64,000 nt of DNA. It comes from Parcubacteria group bacterium Gr01-1014_30. GTDB taxonomy: Bacteria > Patescibacteriota > Minisyncoccia > Minisyncoccales > 2-12-FULL-40-12. Under the pieces are notes generated by a model, which was given only the letters and a program-made list of their open reading frames with translations, had not been told where the DNA came from and did not search any database. The DNA is taken from the NCBI GenBank assembly GCA_007376185.1, contig VMFS01000001.1, positions 94,206-158,205 of the forward strand, written 5' to 3'. The stretch's first letter is position 1. Each line of letters opens with the position of its first letter. This document shows, piece by piece, positions 46,131-59,712 of the stretch. The position numbers were made by a program, and so were the translations under genes.

Positions 46131-47194
46131 ATTACCAAGACCAGATAAAAAAGTTATTAGAACACGCCGTTAAAGAGCAGGCTTCAGACCTTCACTTGTC
46201 TGTCGGTCACCCGCCTACTTTGAGGATAGCCGGCCGACTTTTCCCTTTGGCGAAAGTAATGAAAGAGTTGTCTCCAGCTGACACTCAAGGGCTTGCTTTT
46301 GCTTTATTGCAAGAGGAGCAAAAGCAAAGGTTGTTGTCGGTGAAAGAACTGGACTTTTCCTACGAGCTTCAAGAGAAATCAAGGTTCAGGGTAAATATCT
46401 TTTTGCAAAGAGGAAACTTTGCGGCCGCTTTAAGACAAGTGCCAAGCCGCATTCCGACGATTGAAGAGCTGAATCTGCCGCCGCTTTTGCATAAATTCAC
46501 CACGCCGAAACAGGGTTTTATCCTCATTACGGGACCTTCAAGCCAAGGTAAGTCAACCACCTTGGCCGCCCTGCTTGACGAGATAAATCACACGAGAACC
46601 GACCACATCATCACCATTGAAGACCCTATTGAGTATATTTTTGAGGCTGACCGCTGCATCATTGACCAAAGAGAGGTTTACCAAGACACGCTTTCTTTTG
46701 ATAGGGCCCTGAGGTCAACCTTCCGTCAAGACCCCGACGTCATTATGGTGGGTGAAATGCGCGACGCTGAAACCATGGCCATTGCTTTGCAGGCCGCAGA
46801 AACAGGGCATTTGGTTTTTTCCACTCTGCACACCAACTCGGCCCCTCAAAGCATACACAGAATTGTGGGGGCGTTTCCTCCAGAATATCAGATCCAGATT
46901 AGGGCTCAGTTGTCAGGGGCTCTTTTAGGCGTAGTTTCTCAGCGGCTGGTTCCCAGAATAAAGGGCGGTCTTATCCCGGCTTGCGAGGTAATGATTACCA
47001 CCCCGGCTGTCGCCAACCTTATCCGCGAAAATAAAATTCACGAACTGCCCTTAGTTATAGAGACGTCGGCTGAAGCGGGAATGACGTCTTTAAACAAGTA
47101 CTTGGCGAACTTGATAAGGACTAAAGAAGTAGCTTTGGAAAACGCCCTGAGTTATTCTCTGGACCCGGTAGAACTAAGGACTTTGGCAAGATGA
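46127..47194 (+). CDS. pilT: twitching-motility/retraction ATPase PilT
   Basis: Walker A ILITGPSSQGKSTT. 355 aa with no zinc motif. Confidence 0.8.
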   Translation: MNYQDQIKKLLEHAVKEQASDLHLSVGHPPTLRIAGRLFPLAKVMKELSPADTQGLAFALLQEEQKQRLLSVKELDFSYELQEKSRFRVNIFLQRGNFAAALRQVPSRIPTIEELNLPPLLHKFTTPKQGFILITGPSSQGKSTTLAALLDEINHTRTDHIITIEDPIEYIFEADRCIIDQREVYQDTLSFDRALRSTFRQDPDVIMVGEMRDAETMAIALQAAETGHLVFSTLHTNSAPQSIHRIVGAFPPEYQIQIRAQLSGALLGVVSQRLVPRIKGGLIPACEVMITTPAVANLIRENKIHELPLVIETSAEAGMTSLNKYLANLIRTKEVALENALSYSLDPVELRTLAR

Positions 47195-47280
47195 TTACGA
47201 AATTACGAATTTTCTACGAAAGTACGAAAATTCTTAATTTTTTTTCGTATTTTCGTATTTTTTTCGTAATTTCGTAAGGC
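47195..47280. repeat. imperfect 86-bp palindrome made of 'tacgaaa' heptads; same sequence as the inverted repeats flanking the GxxExxY gene at 61.6 kb
   Basis: Left arm TTACGAAATTACGAA..TACGAAAGTACGAAAA; right arm is its reverse complement. Fills the pilT-pilC intergenic space exactly. Confidence 0.7.
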
Positions 47281-47281
47281 T

Positions 47282-48487
47282 ATGAAATTCAACTACCAAG
47301 CCCGAACAAAGACTGGAGAAATTCAATCAGGCCAGGTAGAAGCGGTTTCTCGGGATTCGGCTCTTAATCTTTTGAGGTCGCACAAGCTTTTCATTACCGC
47401 CTTGGAAGAGGTCGCCGCCCCTTTTTACGCGAGACGTCTAAAATTCTTTGACAGGATTCCGGCCAAAGAAATCGTTATTTTCTCCAGTCAGCTGGCCGTT
47501 ATGTTTAAATCGGAAATATCTCCGGTTGAAGTTTTGGGCACGCTTGCCAAGCAAGTTAAAAATGAACAGCTCCGAGAAAAAATTCTTGACATGGTTGAAA
47601 AAGTGGAAGGAGGAAGCCCTCTCTCAAATACGTTCGCTCTTTATCCTGAGGTTTTCAGCCCATTTTACGTTAATATGGTTAAAAGCGGGGAAGCAACGGG
47701 AAAGCTGTCAGAAATCTTCTCATACCTGGCCGATTATCTGGAGAAGGAATACGAGTTTAACAGAAAGGTTAAGGGAACGATGATTTACCCCGTTTTTCTT
47801 TTGGCCGTTTTCCTGGCCGTAATAGGCATAATAATATTTTTCGTGGTGCCCCAGCTCTCTCAGTTTTTAGCCGAAGCGGAGATAGAGCTTTCTCTTCTCA
47901 CCAGGTTTCTGCTCGGCGCTTCTAAGTTTTTAAGACAATGGTGGTTTCTTTTACTTTTACTTCCTTTGGGGCTGGCCGTTTTTCTACGTTTTTATTTAAA
48001 AACCAAAGAAGGCAAGGCCTTTTTTGATAAAATGATGCTCAAGGTGCCTGTCTTGGGAGGTTTCTTAAAAAGTATTTATCTTTCTCGCGTATCTCTTAAC
48101 CTTTCAACCTTGATATCAGGGGGTTTGCCCATTGTGCAGGCGCTGCAGGTTACCAGCAACGTTGTCGGCAACGAAGTTTACAAATCAATTATTACGGAAA
48201 CCGCGAAAGAGGTGAGGACTGGCGAGTCTATAAGCGCGACCTTGGCAAAGTATCCTGAAGAGTTTTTCGCCCTCTTCGTTCAGATGGTGGCAGTGGGTGA
48301 AAAAACCGGCCGGCTAGATTCTTCTTTAAGAAGTACGGTTGATTTTTACCAAAAGGAGGTTGAGCGGGAACTAGATAACTTTATGAGAGTTTTGGAGCCG
48401 GCTTTGATTGTTTTTTTCGGCCTTTTGGTTGGCGCTTTGATGACTGCGGTGATTATTCCAGTTTACCAGATAATAACCAGTTTTTGA
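47282..48487 (+). CDS. pilC: type IV pilus inner-membrane platform protein PilC (GspF family)
   Basis: Duplicated T2SF domain layout with three TM segments. 401 aa. Confidence 0.8.
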   Translation: MKFNYQARTKTGEIQSGQVEAVSRDSALNLLRSHKLFITALEEVAAPFYARRLKFFDRIPAKEIVIFSSQLAVMFKSEISPVEVLGTLAKQVKNEQLREKILDMVEKVEGGSPLSNTFALYPEVFSPFYVNMVKSGEATGKLSEIFSYLADYLEKEYEFNRKVKGTMIYPVFLLAVFLAVIGIIIFFVVPQLSQFLAEAEIELSLLTRFLLGASKFLRQWWFLLLLLPLGLAVFLRFYLKTKEGKAFFDKMMLKVPVLGGFLKSIYLSRVSLNLSTLISGGLPIVQALQVTSNVVGNEVYKSIITETAKEVRTGESISATLAKYPEEFFALFVQMVAVGEKTGRLDSSLRSTVDFYQKEVERELDNFMRVLEPALIVFFGLLVGALMTAVIIPVYQIITSF

Positions 48488-48915
48488 CCCCGCACCTTTT
48501 CAGGACTTATTAACTTAATGTACTGGGTCTATATCATAAAAAGCGAGCTCCACAGTAAGTTATACATTGGCCGTACCAATGACTTATCTAAGAGATTAAA
48601 AGATCATAACTCAGGAAGATCCCCATCTACAAAAAAATACATACCATGGAAACCAGTTTATATTGAAGGCTACGCCGTTGAACAAGACGCTAAAGACCGA
48701 GAAGAAAAAATGAAATACTTTGGTAAGGTTTATAGCCAACTTAAAATAAGGATCAGGCGTAGCCTTCGGTCCTGAAAAGGTGCGGGGTTTTGATTGACAA
48801 AGGAGTTTGCTGTATAATAATAGAAGTAGCAGGAAATATACAAACCCCGCACCTTTTTTGTGCTCCTTTCAGTAATTTTGATGCCGTAGGCATCAAGCAC
48901 ACAAAAGGTGCGGGG
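48488..48915. repeat. four copies of a 13-bp palindromic unit CCCCGCACCTTTT in alternating orientation
   Basis: Copies at 48488-48500 (+), 48775-48787 (-), 48845-48857 (+) and 48903-48915 (-). The first pair brackets the GIY-YIG gene and the second a 45-bp hairpin. Confidence 0.7.
48518..48775 (+). CDS. stand-alone GIY-YIG nuclease-domain protein (YhbQ/UPF0213-like)
   Basis: MYWVYIIKSELHSKLYIGRTNDLSKRLKDHN is the GIY-YIG motif. Flanked by inverted CCCCGCACCTTTT repeats. Confidence 0.75.
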   Translation: MYWVYIIKSELHSKLYIGRTNDLSKRLKDHNSGRSPSTKKYIPWKPVYIEGYAVEQDAKDREEKMKYFGKVYSQLKIRIRRSLRS

Positions 48916-48962
48916 AAAGGTCGAGCATCAATCATAGATCAAAAATTTAAACTATAATAATT

Positions 48963-49379
48963 ATGAAAAGAAATAAAGGTTTTACCCTAATTGAACTTTT
49001 GGTGGTCATTGCCATTATCGGCATTTTGGCCTCCATTGTATTGGTTTCTTTGGCCGGAGCCAGGAACAGGGCTAGGGACGCGAGAGTTACTGCGGATATG
49101 GGGCAGATAAGAACAGTCGCCACGGTTTATGAAGGAAATAACGGCAACTACGTCGGATTGTGTGCTAACGCAGACATGGACACGCTTGAAGCAGATATAG
49201 ACGCTCAAAATGGGACATTGGGGGTTCCGGAATGCCAAGTGGACGCTGGTGGTGCCGCCTTCTGCGTTGTAGCTGCGCTAAATAACGGGCAATTCTGGTG
49301 TGTGGACTCTACCTTGAGGTCGCAGTCGTATGCCGCTGACCCGGCAACTTGCAGTGGGACTGCATGGACCTGTCAGTAA
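48963..49379 (+). CDS. type IV pilin (major pilin candidate)
   Basis: Prepilin leader MKRNKG|FTLIELLVVIAIIGILASIV with Glu+5. Four C-terminal Cys. Confidence 0.8.
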   Translation: MKRNKGFTLIELLVVIAIIGILASIVLVSLAGARNRARDARVTADMGQIRTVATVYEGNNGNYVGLCANADMDTLEADIDAQNGTLGVPECQVDAGGAAFCVVAALNNGQFWCVDSTLRSQSYAADPATCSGTAWTCQ

Positions 49380-49410
49380 AATACTGATAATCGGTTATTT
49401 CAGTTTTGGA

Positions 49411-49438
49411 GCCATTCTGTTAATATTAACAGAATGGC
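49411..49438 (+). terminator. perfect 28-bp palindrome followed by T-run after the pilin gene
   Basis: GCCATTCTGTTAATATTAACAGAATGGC then TTATTTTTTATTT. Overlaps the pilD start, so probably a partial terminator. Confidence 0.5.
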
Positions 49439-50252
49439 TTATTTTTTATTTCATTTTTTTGTTTTTATCTTAGGTCTGGTTGTCGGCTCATTTTTAAACT
49501 CGGTTATCTATCGTTTAGAGTCAAGAGGCAGCTTTTTGAAAGGCCGTTCTTTTTGCCCGCATTGTAAACACATTTTAACTTGGCAGGATTTAGTTCCTTT
49601 TGTCAGTTTTTTCGTTCTTGGGGGCAAATGTCGCTACTGCCAGCAAAAAATCTCCTGGCAATACCCAGCAGTAGAAGTATCAACTGCGCTGCTGTTTCTG
49701 CTAATTTTCAATCAACAATTTATCTCCACTTTATCTCAATTTACTACTACTTTATATCTATTTCTTGTTTCCTCCTTCTTGATAGTGATTTTCGTCTATG
49801 ATCTGAAACACTATATTATTCCCGATAAAATAGTTTACCCCGCCATCGTCATCGCCTTTTTATACCAGCTGTCTGTTATAATTTGGAATTTGCCTGCCCC
49901 GTATCATTCCGAAGGAATTGGTGCGGGGTTTAGGATTTGGAGTTTAGGATTTGGAATTTTGCCTTCTTTGTTCTTTTTAGGGATTATTTTATTGTCTCAA
50001 GGCCGCTTGATGGGCATGGGCGACTTTAAGTTAGCCATATTGATGGGCTTGATTCTTGGCTGGCCCAACATTTCGGTGGCTCTATTTTTAGCTTTCCTCA
50101 TCGGTGCTATAATGGGGGCAGGATTGATACTTTCTGGCAGGAAGTCCTTAAAATCAGAGGTGCCTTTCGGCCCTTTTCTGGTTGGCGGCACATTTTTGGC
50201 CTTTTTCTGGGGAGATAAAATAATTAATTGGTATTTTAATTTCCTATTATGA
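49434..50252 (+). CDS. pilD: prepilin peptidase PilD (A24 family)
   Basis: Cytoplasmic zinc tetracysteine CPHC...CRYC. Catalytic loops GMGDFKL. Confidence 0.85.
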   Translation: MAYFLFHFFVFILGLVVGSFLNSVIYRLESRGSFLKGRSFCPHCKHILTWQDLVPFVSFFVLGGKCRYCQQKISWQYPAVEVSTALLFLLIFNQQFISTLSQFTTTLYLFLVSSFLIVIFVYDLKHYIIPDKIVYPAIVIAFLYQLSVIIWNLPAPYHSEGIGAGFRIWSLGFGILPSLFFLGIILLSQGRLMGMGDFKLAILMGLILGWPNISVALFLAFLIGAIMGAGLILSGRKSLKSEVPFGPFLVGGTFLAFFWGDKIINWYFNFLL

Positions 50253-50761
50253 GTCAAAAAGGATTTACCCTTGTAGAACTTGTTGTCGTCACCGGCATAA
50301 TTATTTTTTTGTCCGCGATGCTTTTAGTCAACTGGCGACCGGCGGCCGAGGAGTTTGCCCTTCAGCGTTCAGCTCACAAGCTGGCTCAAGACATCAGAAG
50401 AGCCAGCGAGATGGCAATGTCGGCAAGGGAATTTCAAGGGAGCGTGCCTCAAGGCGGCTACGGGTTTCACGTTCGTTTTCCCTCAGAAACAGAATCTTAT
50501 GTGCTGTATGCGGACACCAACGGCAACCAAAGATACGACGCAGCCGACGGCATAGTGGAAACGGTTTACTTAGAACAGGAAGTTATTGTGCACAGCGTTT
50601 CCAAGAACAACTTAAGCATAAATTTCAAGCCGCCCAACCCAACGGTTAGTATTACCCCCATTTCAACCGTGGCAGACATAACTCTTGCCCTTAAATCAGA
50701 CCCCACGAAAATAAGATCAGTCATAATTCATATCTCGGGGTTAATAGAAATAGAGGAATAA
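50249..50761 (+). CDS. minor pilin / pseudopilin
   Basis: MSQKG|FTLVELVVV prepilin N-terminus. Confidence 0.7.
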   Translation: MSQKGFTLVELVVVTGIIIFLSAMLLVNWRPAAEEFALQRSAHKLAQDIRRASEMAMSAREFQGSVPQGGYGFHVRFPSETESYVLYADTNGNQRYDAADGIVETVYLEQEVIVHSVSKNNLSINFKPPNPTVSITPISTVADITLALKSDPTKIRSVIIHISGLIEIEE

Positions 50762-51265
50762 ATGCTTAAATGCTTAAGTGTTAAAGTGAAAGGTGGGGGG
50801 TTCACGCTGTTGGAGATGATGTTTGCCGTGTTTGTGGTTGCCGTAGGATTGACGGGGGTAATTTCTTTAATACATAGGGCGTCTTTTGGCGCGCAAATAG
50901 CCGCCTCGCGCTTAACAGCAGCTTACTTGGCGCAAGAAGGCGTTGAGATAGTCAGAAACATACGCGACTCAAACTGGCTGGCGCAAAGAGACGACCCCGC
51001 CATTGCTTGGAACCAAAACCTTGGGAATGGGGACTGGGAAGCCGATTATGACGATTTCACTTTAACCCCTTTTCAAAACCGCAACCTGAAAATTAACGGC
51101 GGTTTTTACAACTATGCCTTCGGTACAGACACCAAGTTCAAAAGAAAAATTACCATTACCCAAACAAGCGCGGGTACTTTGGCGGTTGCGGTTGATGTTG
51201 CCTGGCAGGAAGGGGGAAGGTCTTGGTCGGTTTTTGTTCACGAGAATTTATATAACTGGAGATAA
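50762..51265 (+). CDS. minor pilin / pseudopilin
   Basis: GG|FTLLEMMFAVFVVAVGL prepilin-like N-terminus. The true start may be an internal alternative codon. Confidence 0.6.
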   Translation: MLKCLSVKVKGGGFTLLEMMFAVFVVAVGLTGVISLIHRASFGAQIAASRLTAAYLAQEGVEIVRNIRDSNWLAQRDDPAIAWNQNLGNGDWEADYDDFTLTPFQNRNLKINGGFYNYAFGTDTKFKRKITITQTSAGTLAVAVDVAWQEGGRSWSVFVHENLYNWR

Positions 51266-51269
51266 TTTT

Positions 51270-51812
51270 ATGGGACACAAGGGATTCACACTAATTGAAC
51301 TGCTGGTTGCCGTAGCCGTGCTTTCCATTATAATTGGAGCCATAGTGGGCATTTTTATTGCCGGAGTAAGGCAGCAAAGTATCGCGTTGAAAGTCCAGAC
51401 GATTTTGGACCAAACAAGCTTCGTGGCGGAGTTTATGAGCAGGGCTCTAAGGCTGGCGCAAAAAGAACTCGGCCAGGGGTGTCTTTCAGAGCTGGGCTTG
51501 AACTACGAGATAACCAGAGGAGGCGAGGGAATAAAGTTTATAAACTCTTTGGAAAACCAAGACTGCCAGGAATTTTTCTTTGACCCTAATTTTAGGCAGG
51601 TGATGTATTCTAGAATGGGGCAGGAGCTTGAAATTACTTCCATAAGGAATCCGGTGCTTTCCTTTAGCGTTAACTTAACCGGCGAGTCCCAAGACGACAA
51701 CGTTCAGCCGCGTATAACCTTCTTTTTAGCGGTTCAAGGAGAAACTGCAGGTGTGCCGAGGGTGCGTATTCAAACCACAGTATCTCAGCGAAACTTAGAT
51801 GCCAGACGCTAA
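51270..51812 (+). CDS. minor pilin / pseudopilin
   Basis: Internal ATG at 51270 gives MGHKG|FTLIELLVAVAVL. The upstream part of the ORF-track entry overlaps the previous gene. Confidence 0.65.
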   Translation: MGHKGFTLIELLVAVAVLSIIIGAIVGIFIAGVRQQSIALKVQTILDQTSFVAEFMSRALRLAQKELGQGCLSELGLNYEITRGGEGIKFINSLENQDCQEFFFDPNFRQVMYSRMGQELEITSIRNPVLSFSVNLTGESQDDNVQPRITFFLAVQGETAGVPRVRIQTTVSQRNLDARR

Positions 51813-52146
51813 TGCTAAAATGAATAAAGGGGCGGCTCTTTTCCTGTCGATTATGGTTTTGGCAACTCTTTTGGCAATCGCTTTGGGTATTTCCACGATT
51901 TCCGTCAGACAGGTCGATACCCTGCAGCGCATGGTAAGTTCGGTGCAGGCGTTTTTTGCCGCCGACACCGGAATTGAAAGAGCTTTATTTGAAGGACAGT
52001 CGGTTTCTGGAACCCTTCCTAACGGCGCCTCATACTCGGTTCAGCTCATATCGCCTGGTTCTTCCGGATGCCTAGGAGCGAATTACTGCTTAAGAGGAAT
52101 AGGAATTTTCCGAAGCGTAAGAAGGGCTCTGGAGATCACGAGATAA
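51799..52146 (+). CDS. PilX-like minor pilin
   Basis: NKGAALFLSIMVLATLLAIALG resembles the PilX N-terminal domain. A likely start at the M at 51820. Confidence 0.5.
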   Translation: MPDANAKMNKGAALFLSIMVLATLLAIALGISTISVRQVDTLQRMVSSVQAFFAADTGIERALFEGQSVSGTLPNGASYSVQLISPGSSGCLGANYCLRGIGIFRSVRRALEITR

Positions 52147-52183
52147 ATTTCATTTTAGCATTTAAACATGTTTTTATGTTTGA

Positions 52184-55328
<3,145 letters not shown>

Positions 55329-55329
<1 letters not shown>

Positions 55330-55360
55330 CCCCCACACCAAATTTTGGTGTGGGGGTTAA
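55329..55360. terminator. bidirectional hairpin terminator between the rodA/ftsW-family gene and atpC
   Basis: AACCCCCACACC-aaaatt-GGTGTGGGGGTT, a perfect 12-bp stem flanked by A/T. Confidence 0.65.
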
Positions 55361-55620
55361 AGCCCTAAAAAGATATTAACTCTGTTTTCGCTTGTCTCCA
55401 AGAGTCCTCTTTCAAATTGGTAAGTGAGTTTTTTTTTATCAGAGATGTGAATTGTTAAATTATCAAAAATAAGGGTAATGAAATTGGTGTGCTCTGGCAG
55501 AACATCAAATTTTCCCAATCTATTTTGGGAAGAAACAGCTTGGGCCGTTCCTCGAAATTGTTCTTTTTCAATAATTGCCGAAAATAACACTTTTACATCA
55601 AGCGCGGTAGTTTTTTCCAT
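55357..55620 (-). CDS. atpC: F-type ATP synthase epsilon subunit, beta-sandwich domain only
   Basis: GKFDVLPEHTNFITLI matches the epsilon consensus. Only 87 aa. Confidence 0.7.
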   Translation of the reverse strand: MEKTTALDVKVLFSAIIEKEQFRGTAQAVSSQNRLGKFDVLPEHTNFITLIFDNLTIHISDKKKLTYQFERGLLETSENRVNIFLGL

Positions 55621-55623
55621 GGT

Positions 55624-57818
<2,195 letters not shown>

Positions 57819-57821
57819 AGG

Positions 57822-59210
57822 TTATCCTGACCCCTTAATTGGTAGTTCAATCCAGAAAGTTGTTCCTTTACCCCAGCCTTCAGATTCGGCCCAGGTTCTG
57901 CCTCCGTGGGCTTTGACAAATTCAAAGACAATACTTAAACCAATTCCCCGTCCCGGGCCGTAAAGTTTTTTTGCCGCCGCTGACCTTTCAAAGAGTTTCC
58001 CCCGCAAAAAATAATCTATTTCTTCTTTTTCCATTCCAATACCCGTGTCAGTAACCCCAATTTTTAACCACCGCCCTTTTCCAGAAGGGCGGGGCCCAGC
58101 CCATTTAGAAATGGGCTGTGGTTCTTCATTTTCCACTTTTAATTTAACAGTCACGCCTCCCCGATTCGTGTATTTAACGGCATTATTAACCAAATTCCAA
58201 ATTGCCTCTTTTATCATGCTTTTGTTCAACATTAAGGTTGGGAGTTTTTCGCCAGTACCGGCAGCTAGCTCATACTTTAAATAGATATTTTTTTGCTCTG
58301 CTTCAAGTTTCAATTCTTCAATTACGTTTTTAATGAGAGCTTCAATTTGGCAATCTTCTAAATCCAAAGATTTTTTCCCCACCCTCAGTTCCTGGATGTA
58401 TAATAAGTTTTCCATTAAAGAATAGAGATTATCAACTAATTTTTTTATTTCAATAAGTTTCTCCTTGATAACCGGATTTTCCTCTCTGCCGTAAGTTCCT
58501 TCTAAAATTCTTTCCAAATATCCTTTAATTGGGCCAATTGGAGTTCTTAGGTGATGCTGGAGAGATAACAAGAGTTGGTCTTTTGCCGATGCCAATTTTC
58601 CCCATTCTTCAGCCAAACTTTCGGCTTCCTTTCTCTTAGCTTTCTCTTTGGTTAAAGAATGACCAAAAATAAAGGACACTAAAAATAAAAAAGCAAGTAC
58701 GGGACCCAGCCACAAATATTCACTTTGCCCGGTTATTATTGGTAAGAAGACGTACAAAACCGTAATGGCAACAACTAACAACGCAAAACTAACCAAAGTA
58801 TAAAGAGCCCGCGAGTGGCTTAGCAAGGAACTTTTAAGTGATTTTTCAAATAAAATTGCCGTTCCCAACCCGGCATAGATAAAAAGCAGCATAAAAAAGA
58901 TTGCTTCTTGAGGATGCATCCTCGTTAAAAAGTTTTTTTCATCTTCAATAATGAAAATGCCCACAATGAGAGCTAGACCCAAAATGGAGGAGGCAATTAA
59001 CGGGACTTTAATTTTTGGAGAGACACTATTGGAAATAGCGACAATGAAATAAAAAAGCTCCAAGATAACAATAATTGTTAGCGAAGCAGTTATTTTCATC
59101 CATTCTGGACCTGCCAGCAAGAGGGGGTTTGAGTAAAAATATAAAGAGCCCGACCATGAGATGATAATAATAGCGAAGATGAGAAAATGGAGATTGCTAA
59201 TAAAGTTCAT
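57822..59210 (-). CDS. multi-TM sensor histidine kinase inserted in the atp operon
   Basis: HisKA HHLRTPIGPIKGY. ILEGTYGR is shared with the kinase at 6535-8193. HATPase_c GIGMEKEE...GRGIGL. Confidence 0.8.
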   Translation of the reverse strand: MNFISNLHFLIFAIIIISWSGSLYFYSNPLLLAGPEWMKITASLTIIVILELFYFIVAISNSVSPKIKVPLIASSILGLALIVGIFIIEDEKNFLTRMHPQEAIFFMLLFIYAGLGTAILFEKSLKSSLLSHSRALYTLVSFALLVVAITVLYVFLPIITGQSEYLWLGPVLAFLFLVSFIFGHSLTKEKAKRKEAESLAEEWGKLASAKDQLLLSLQHHLRTPIGPIKGYLERILEGTYGREENPVIKEKLIEIKKLVDNLYSLMENLLYIQELRVGKKSLDLEDCQIEALIKNVIEELKLEAEQKNIYLKYELAAGTGEKLPTLMLNKSMIKEAIWNLVNNAVKYTNRGGVTVKLKVENEEPQPISKWAGPRPSGKGRWLKIGVTDTGIGMEKEEIDYFLRGKLFERSAAAKKLYGPGRGIGLSIVFEFVKAHGGRTWAESEGWGKGTTFWIELPIKGSG

Positions 59211-59221
59211 TTAGACAGAGT

Positions 59222-59608
59222 TTATTTTAGCCCTTCTCGCATTATTTCGGTTAGTTCCTTTAGTGAGTATTGAGCTTTAACCAAGATTTTGTCAATTCCT
59301 TCTTTGTTAAGCTCTTCGTTTGATTCAGCGCTACTGTAGTTGGTTAAGGCATAAATTTTAAGAGTTTTCGTTTCAGGGTATTTTCTGACTTCTTTTAAAA
59401 TCTCAATGCCGTTGATATCTGGCAGAATTAAATCCAATAAAATTAAATCTGGTTTCTCTTTTTTACCCTCTCTGATTTCTTGCACCATTGCAATTGCCTT
59501 CTTTCCCAAGTCCAAAATTTCAATTTCAAATCCGGCCATTGGAAAGGTCTCTTTAAAAAGTTTAATGGTTGGAACATCGTCTTCGATTATGAGAATTTTC
59601 GGTTTCAT
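59222..59608 (-). CDS. stand-alone receiver domain protein
   Basis: ILIIEDD...LLDLILPDINGIEI...K receiver fold. Confidence 0.8.
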   Translation of the reverse strand: MKPKILIIEDDVPTIKLFKETFPMAGFEIEILDLGKKAIAMVQEIREGKKEKPDLILLDLILPDINGIEILKEVRKYPETKTLKIYALTNYSSAESNEELNKEGIDKILVKAQYSLKELTEIMREGLK

Positions 59609-59665
59609 AGAGATAGAAAATTTTCATCAAGATAAGCTTGAACAAAATGAAAGCTTATCGCTATT

Positions 59666-59705
59666 AAAATTTTTGGCTTTGGCATAAAATTTTTGGCTTT
59701 GGCAT
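59666..59705. repeat. perfect tandem 20-bp direct repeat AAAATTTTTGGCTTTGGCAT x2 upstream of the receiver/kinase genes (minus strand)
   Basis: Read directly from the sequence. Candidate regulator-binding site. Confidence 0.5.
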
Positions 59706-59712
59706 TTAGAAT

